IMG/VR virus record: IMGVR_UViG_2778261676_000005
Source of the DNA: a virus
Taxonomy: Duplodnaviria; Heunggongvirae; Uroviricota; Caudoviricetes
Reading direction: 5' to 3' (one strand)
DNA length: 11,071 bases
Numbering within the stretch: position 1 is the first letter of the stretch; the number at the start of each line of letters is the position of its first letter. The position numbers and the translations under genes were made by a program. Of this stretch, positions 7,550-11,071 are shown piece after piece. The notes beneath the pieces are model-generated. The model was not told the origin of the DNA. It saw only the letters and a program-made list of their open reading frames with translations, and made no database searches.

Positions 7550-7907
7550 GCGCAGGACTAAGAAGCAGAAGAAAGAGCCGGAAGCGAAGCAGGGCGATTA
7601 CCTGGTGGGGACGGATGAAAACGTGCTGGTACTTAATCGCACTTATGCCAACCGGAGCAACGCCGAACGAGCGGCAAAAATGCAGTGGGAACGCCTGCAA
7701 CGCGGCGTTGCGTCATTCTCGCTACAACTGGCGGAAGGGCGGGCAGATCTCTACACGGAAATGCCAGTGAAAGTCAGTGGCTTTAAACAGCCGATAGATG
7801 ATGCGGAATGGACCATTACGACTCTGACACATACTGTCAGCCCGGATAACGGTTTTACAACCAGTATTGAACTCGAAGTGAAGATTGATGATTTCGAAAT
7901 GGAATGA
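7488..7907 (+). pseudogene. D: Tail protein gpD, C-terminal fragment
   Basis: ..YANRSNAERAAKMQWERLQRGVASFSLQLAEGRADLYTEMPVKVSGFKQPIDDAEWTITTLTHTVSPDNGFTTSIELEVK matches the C-terminal ~120 aa of P2 gpD. No N-terminal two thirds and no gpU gene. Sits directly upstream of ogr as in P2. Confidence 0.8.
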
Positions 7908-7997
7908 TTCTTCGCAATGGAGAACTTTTAAGTTTGCAAAATGGAATAATAAGGTATCATTATTGTGAATTTAGCAAAAATGGGGAGAACTCGAAAA

Positions 7998-8216
7998 ATG
8001 ATGATTTGCCCACTGTGTGGAAGTGCCGCCCATACTCGCAGCAGTTTTCAGGTATCTTCATTGACCAAAGAGCGTTACAACCAGTGCCAGAACATTAACT
8101 GCAGCCATACTTTTGTTACCCATGAAACTTTTGTTCGTTCGATTGCAACGCCAAAAGAGTCAAATCCGGTTCAGCCGCATCCAATGAAATCAGGACAGGT
8201 GGCGCTCTCTCTTTGA
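7998..8216 (+). CDS. ogr: Late gene transcription activator Ogr (zinc finger)
   Basis: MMICPLCGSAAHTRSS...ERYNQCQNINCSHTF...PHPMKSGQ resembles P2 Ogr (Cys4 finger); 72 aa from ATG 7998, as in P2. GGGGAGAA upstream. Confidence 0.9.
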   Translation: MMICPLCGSAAHTRSSFQVSSLTKERYNQCQNINCSHTFVTHETFVRSIATPKESNPVQPHPMKSGQVALSL

Positions 8217-8238
8217 CGCTGCCGCCATTTTGTCGCCA
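8217..8238. repeat. Right copy of the 22-bp direct repeat; candidate attR core
   Basis: cgctgccgccattttgtcgcca starts on the nucleotide after the ogr stop and matches 19-40 with one mismatch. Confidence 0.6.
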
Positions 8239-8296
8239 TCGTTAAAAAGCAGTGCTTCTAACATCATGATTTTAAAAGGCATAAATTTCAGACAAC

Positions 8297-8339
8297 AAAA
8301 AACCCATCAACCTTGAACCGAAATGGCGGGGTTGATGGG
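8297..8339 (-). terminator. Candidate intrinsic terminator for ybjL (read on the minus strand)
   Basis: Perfect 10-bp arms CCCATCAACC (8303-8312) and GGTTGATGGG (8330-8339), with an inner CCG/CGG pair, followed on the minus strand by a U-run (plus-strand A-run 8297-8302). About 110 nt downstream of the ybjL stop, and the loop is large, so confidence is modest. Confidence 0.35.
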
Positions 8340-8451
8340 CTCCACAAAATGGGGACATCAAAGAAAAGCAGTGGCACTAATTAAGACTGATGCCCTGCGG
8401 AAAAGTTCTGCGGTTGTGCAAAAAAATTTCATTTTCAGGGCAACTTCAGTT

Positions 8452-10137
8452 TTATCCTAATCCTGGCCATACCATGACGATGATTGTCCCTGCCAGCGTC
8501 AGCAGGACGTTGGCGATTGCATAGGTGCCCGCATAGCCCAGCGCCGGGATGTTACTGCGAGCTGTATCACTGATGATCTCCATTGCCGGCGCGCAGGTAC
8601 GTGCGCCCATCATTGCGCCGAACAACAGCGCGCGGTTCATTCGCAATACATAAGCACCGAACAAGAAACAGATAACCACGGGCACCAGACTGACAATCAA
8701 TCCGGCAATCAACATCTGACCGCCAATCGCGCCCAGGCCGTTATTAATACCGCTACCGGCGCTCAGACCAACGCCTGCCATAAACACCATCAAGCCGAAC
8801 TCTTTCACCATGCTTAATGCACCCTGCGGAATGTAACCGAAGGTCGGGTGGTTAGCACGCATAAAGCCCAGCATAATTCCGGCGAATAACAACCCGGCAG
8901 CGTTCCCCATGCCGAAACTGAATGTGCTGAACTGGAAGGTGATCATCCCGATCATCAGCCCAATAACAAAGAAGGCGCAGAATGCCAGCAGGTCAGTGAC
9001 CTGGCTGTGAATCGAGATAAAGCCGATGCGATCGGCGATGGTTTTTACGCGGCGGGCATCGCCGCTGACTTGTAAAACGTCACCTTTGTTAAGCACGACG
9101 TTGTCATCTATCGGCATCTCAATCTGGCTACGAATGACGCGGTTAAGGAAGCAACCGTGATCGGTCAACTTCAGTTGTGCGAGACGTTTACCTACAGCGT
9201 TATGGTTTTTAACGACCACTTCTTCAGTGACGATACGCATGTCGAGAAGGTCACGATCGAAAACTTCTTTACCGTTACGGAAGCTGGGATCGAGTCGGGC
9301 ATGGGCGTCGGGATAGCCTACCAACGCTATTTCATCGCCCATTTGTAGCACGGCATCACCGTCTGGATTTGCCAGAATCCCGTTACGTCGAATACGTTCA
9401 ATGTAGCAGCCGGTTTGTCGATAAATACCCAGTTCACGCAGATTTTTGCCGTCGGTCCAGGCCACCAGTTCCGGGCCGACGCGATAGGCGCGGATCACCG
9501 GTAAATAAACCTTACGGTTGGCATCAGTGTCCAGGCCACGTTCGCGGGCGATTTGCTGGGCGCTGGTCTGTAAGTCCTGATGCTGCAATTTCGGCAAGTA
9601 ACGCGCACCAACAATCAAACTCACCAGACCGATTAAATAGGTTAAGGCATACCCGAGGCTCAGATTATCCAGTGCCAGTGAGAGCTGCCTGCTTTCCATG
9701 CCGGAATGACGCAGTGTATCGCCAGCACCGACCAGAACCGGTGTCGACGTCATAGAGCCTGCTAACATACCGGCCGTCAGGCCAATATCCCAGCCAAACA
9801 GCTTACCTAACCCTAAGGCGATCACCAGCGCACTGCCAACCATCACCAGTGCTAACATTAGGTAATTTTTCCCATCGCGAAAAAAAATGGAAAAAAAGTT
9901 CGGTCCGGCTTCGACCCCGACGCAGAAAATAAACAGCATAAAGCCAAGATTAAGCGCATCGGTGTTAATGCTGAAATGTTGTTGGCCTAATAACAGCGAT
10001 ACGACTAAAACGCCAATGGAATTACCCAGTTGGATCGAACCAAGTCGTAACTTTCCGAGACATAGCCCAAGCGCGAGGACCACAAATAATAACAGAATGT
10101 AATTCCCATTTAACAATTCGGCGACGTTTATATTCAC
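8452..10137 (-). CDS. ybjL: Putative transport protein YbjL (AAE family)
   Basis: 561-aa polytopic membrane protein; N-terminus [33 protein letters not shown] and length match E. coli YbjL as I recall it. Confidence 0.9.
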
Positions 10138-10406
10138 GGAGGCTAACTTCTTGTTTACTAGTAAGCTGTTGAAAGAAATGGTAATTTACGATAATGTTTT
10201 TTACCAGAATTCAGGGCGCAGATTCATTCAGCGCACCTAAACGATAGTAAAGTAACAATATATTTTACTAGTGTAATCACATTAGGTATCAACGGCTATA
10301 TGAATTGCGTTGGCCTATATTAGCATGGAATGCGAAGCGGCTTTATCTTACTGAACGCCACACTGGCGAAAAATGTGTTCGATAGACGCAGTGTCAGGAG
10401 GAACGA

Positions 10407-10784
10407 GTGAAACATAAACAACGTTGGGCGGGGGCAATCTGCTGTTTTGTCCTCTTCATTGTGGTGTGCCTTTTTCTGGCGACGCACATGAAAGGCGCTT
10501 TTCGGGCTGCCGGGCATCCTGAAATCGGCTTGCTATTTTTCATTCTTCCTGGAGCAGTCGCCAGCTTCTTTTCACAGCGTAGAGAAGTCCTGAAACCTCT
10601 GTTTGGCGCAATGCTGGCGGCACCCTGTTCGATGCTCATTATGCGGCTGTTTTTTTCACCGACGCGCTCATTCTGGCAAGAGCTGGCATGGTTACTAAGC
10701 GCGGTGTTCTGGTGTGCGCTGGGGGCACTGTGTTTCTTATTTATCAGTAGTTTGTTTAAACCACAGCACAGAAAAAATCAGTAA
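10407..10784 (+). CDS. ybjM: Inner membrane protein YbjM
   Basis: 125-aa hydrophobic protein divergent from ybjL and convergent with grxA, as in the E. coli K-12 ybjL-ybjM-grxA locus. Confidence 0.8.
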   Translation: MKHKQRWAGAICCFVLFIVVCLFLATHMKGAFRAAGHPEIGLLFFILPGAVASFFSQRREVLKPLFGAMLAAPCSMLIMRLFFSPTRSFWQELAWLLSAVFWCALGALCFLFISSLFKPQHRKNQ

Positions 10785-10804
10785 AGCCCTCAACGCGAGG
10801 GCTT
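10771..10804. terminator. Hairpin between convergent ybjM and grxA; likely grxA intrinsic terminator
   Basis: 8-bp stem AAGCCCTC / GAGGGCTT with loop aacgc at 10784-10804, 10 nt after the grxA stop. A T-rich run follows on the minus strand; no T-run on the plus strand. Confidence 0.5.
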
Positions 10805-10813
10805 GTCAGACGA

Positions 10814-11071
10814 TCAGGCGTCCAGATTTTCTTTCACCCATGCAGCAAAATCGGTATAGCCGCCGATATGTTGCTGATCGACAAAAATCTGCGGCACGGT
10901 TTCTACGGGTTTACCTGCCTTTTGTTGTAGATCTTCTTTAGTGATCCCTTCCGCACGAATATCTACATACTGATACTGAAAATCATCGCGTTCATTGCTC
11001 AATTTCTCAGCCAGATCTTTTGCACGCACACAGTAAGGGCAACCCGAACGACCAAAAATAACGGTTTGCAT
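10814..11071 (-). CDS. grxA: Glutaredoxin 1
   Basis: 85 aa with CPYC active site (MQTVIFGRSGCPYCVRAKDLAEKL...); matches E. coli GrxA as I recall it. Start codon is at the window edge (11069-11071). Confidence 0.9.
   Translation of the reverse strand: MQTVIFGRSGCPYCVRAKDLAEKLSNERDDFQYQYVDIRAEGITKEDLQQKAGKPVETVPQIFVDQQHIGGYTDFAAWVKENLDA

Larger units (their letters stand above)
19..8238. mobile_element. Degraded P2/186-like prophage (cryptic remnant) inserted next to ybjL
   Basis: Gene order int-cI-apl-cII-early ORFs-dam-A'-FII'-E/E'-T'-D'-ogr matches a P2-type prophage map with internal deletions. Bounded by the 22-bp direct repeats; conserved host genes follow on the right. Confidence 0.8.

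Noticed and set aside
7212-7700. Minus-strand ORF 7212-7700 across the T'/D' junction
   Set aside because: Antisense to recognisable tape-measure and gpD sequence; no SD and a low-complexity translation.
7904-8098. ORF 7904-8098 (+) and the extended ogr start at 7965
   Set aside because: ORF 7904 is out of frame with the Ogr zinc-finger frame. The 7965 start adds 11 residues with no SD, whereas ATG 7998 gives the expected 72-aa Ogr.
19-8238. Interpreting the element as a functional helper-dependent satellite
   Set aside because: Two out-of-frame deletion junctions (A'::FII' and T'::D') and the lack of any packaging or replication function point to decay of a complete prophage; no satellite-specific genes were recognised.
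9157-10102. Plus-strand ORFs 9157-9348, 9369-9755 and 9887-10102 inside ybjL
   Set aside because: Antisense to a conserved 561-aa membrane transporter gene; no independent support.
10320-10639. Minus-strand ORFs 10320-10517 and 10394-10639 overlapping ybjM and its promoter region
   Set aside because: They overlap the conserved ybjM gene and the ybjL-ybjM divergent promoter region; the translations look non-protein-like.
10714-10941. Plus-strand ORF 10714-10941 overlapping grxA
   Set aside because: Crosses the ybjM-grxA terminator hairpin and runs antisense to the conserved grxA gene.
1-11071. tRNA, tmRNA or CRISPR array at the insertion boundaries
   Set aside because: I looked for tRNA-like cloverleaf sequence near both att-like repeats and for regularly spaced repeats; none was recognised, consistent with P2-family phages using non-tRNA att sites. 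Nothing was scanned computationally.

Overview
The window holds an ~8.2 kb decayed P2/186-like prophage (about 19-8238) inserted beside the conserved E. coli genes ybjL-ybjM-grxA (8452-11071). Its left part is an apparently intact 186-type lysogeny/early module: integrase, a small secreted Cys-rich protein, CI repressor, Apl/Cox-like, CII, three small early ORFs, a TraR/DksA-type zinc finger and a Dam-like methyltransferase. The replication gene A is truncated and abuts, out of frame, a tail-tube-like C-terminal fragment; then come an intact tail chaperone gene E with its -1 frameshift site, a tape-measure N-terminal fragment, a gpD C-terminal fragment and an intact ogr. A 22-bp direct repeat (one mismatch) lies in the 3' end of int and immediately after the ogr stop, consistent with attL/attR cores. 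No rRNA, tRNA or CRISPR array was recognised. All family assignments are from reading the translations by eye and from recalled gene order; no searches were run. My nucleotide indexing by eye disagreed with the supplied ORF track by 1 nt around 6270-6360, so small-motif coordinates may be off by a base.
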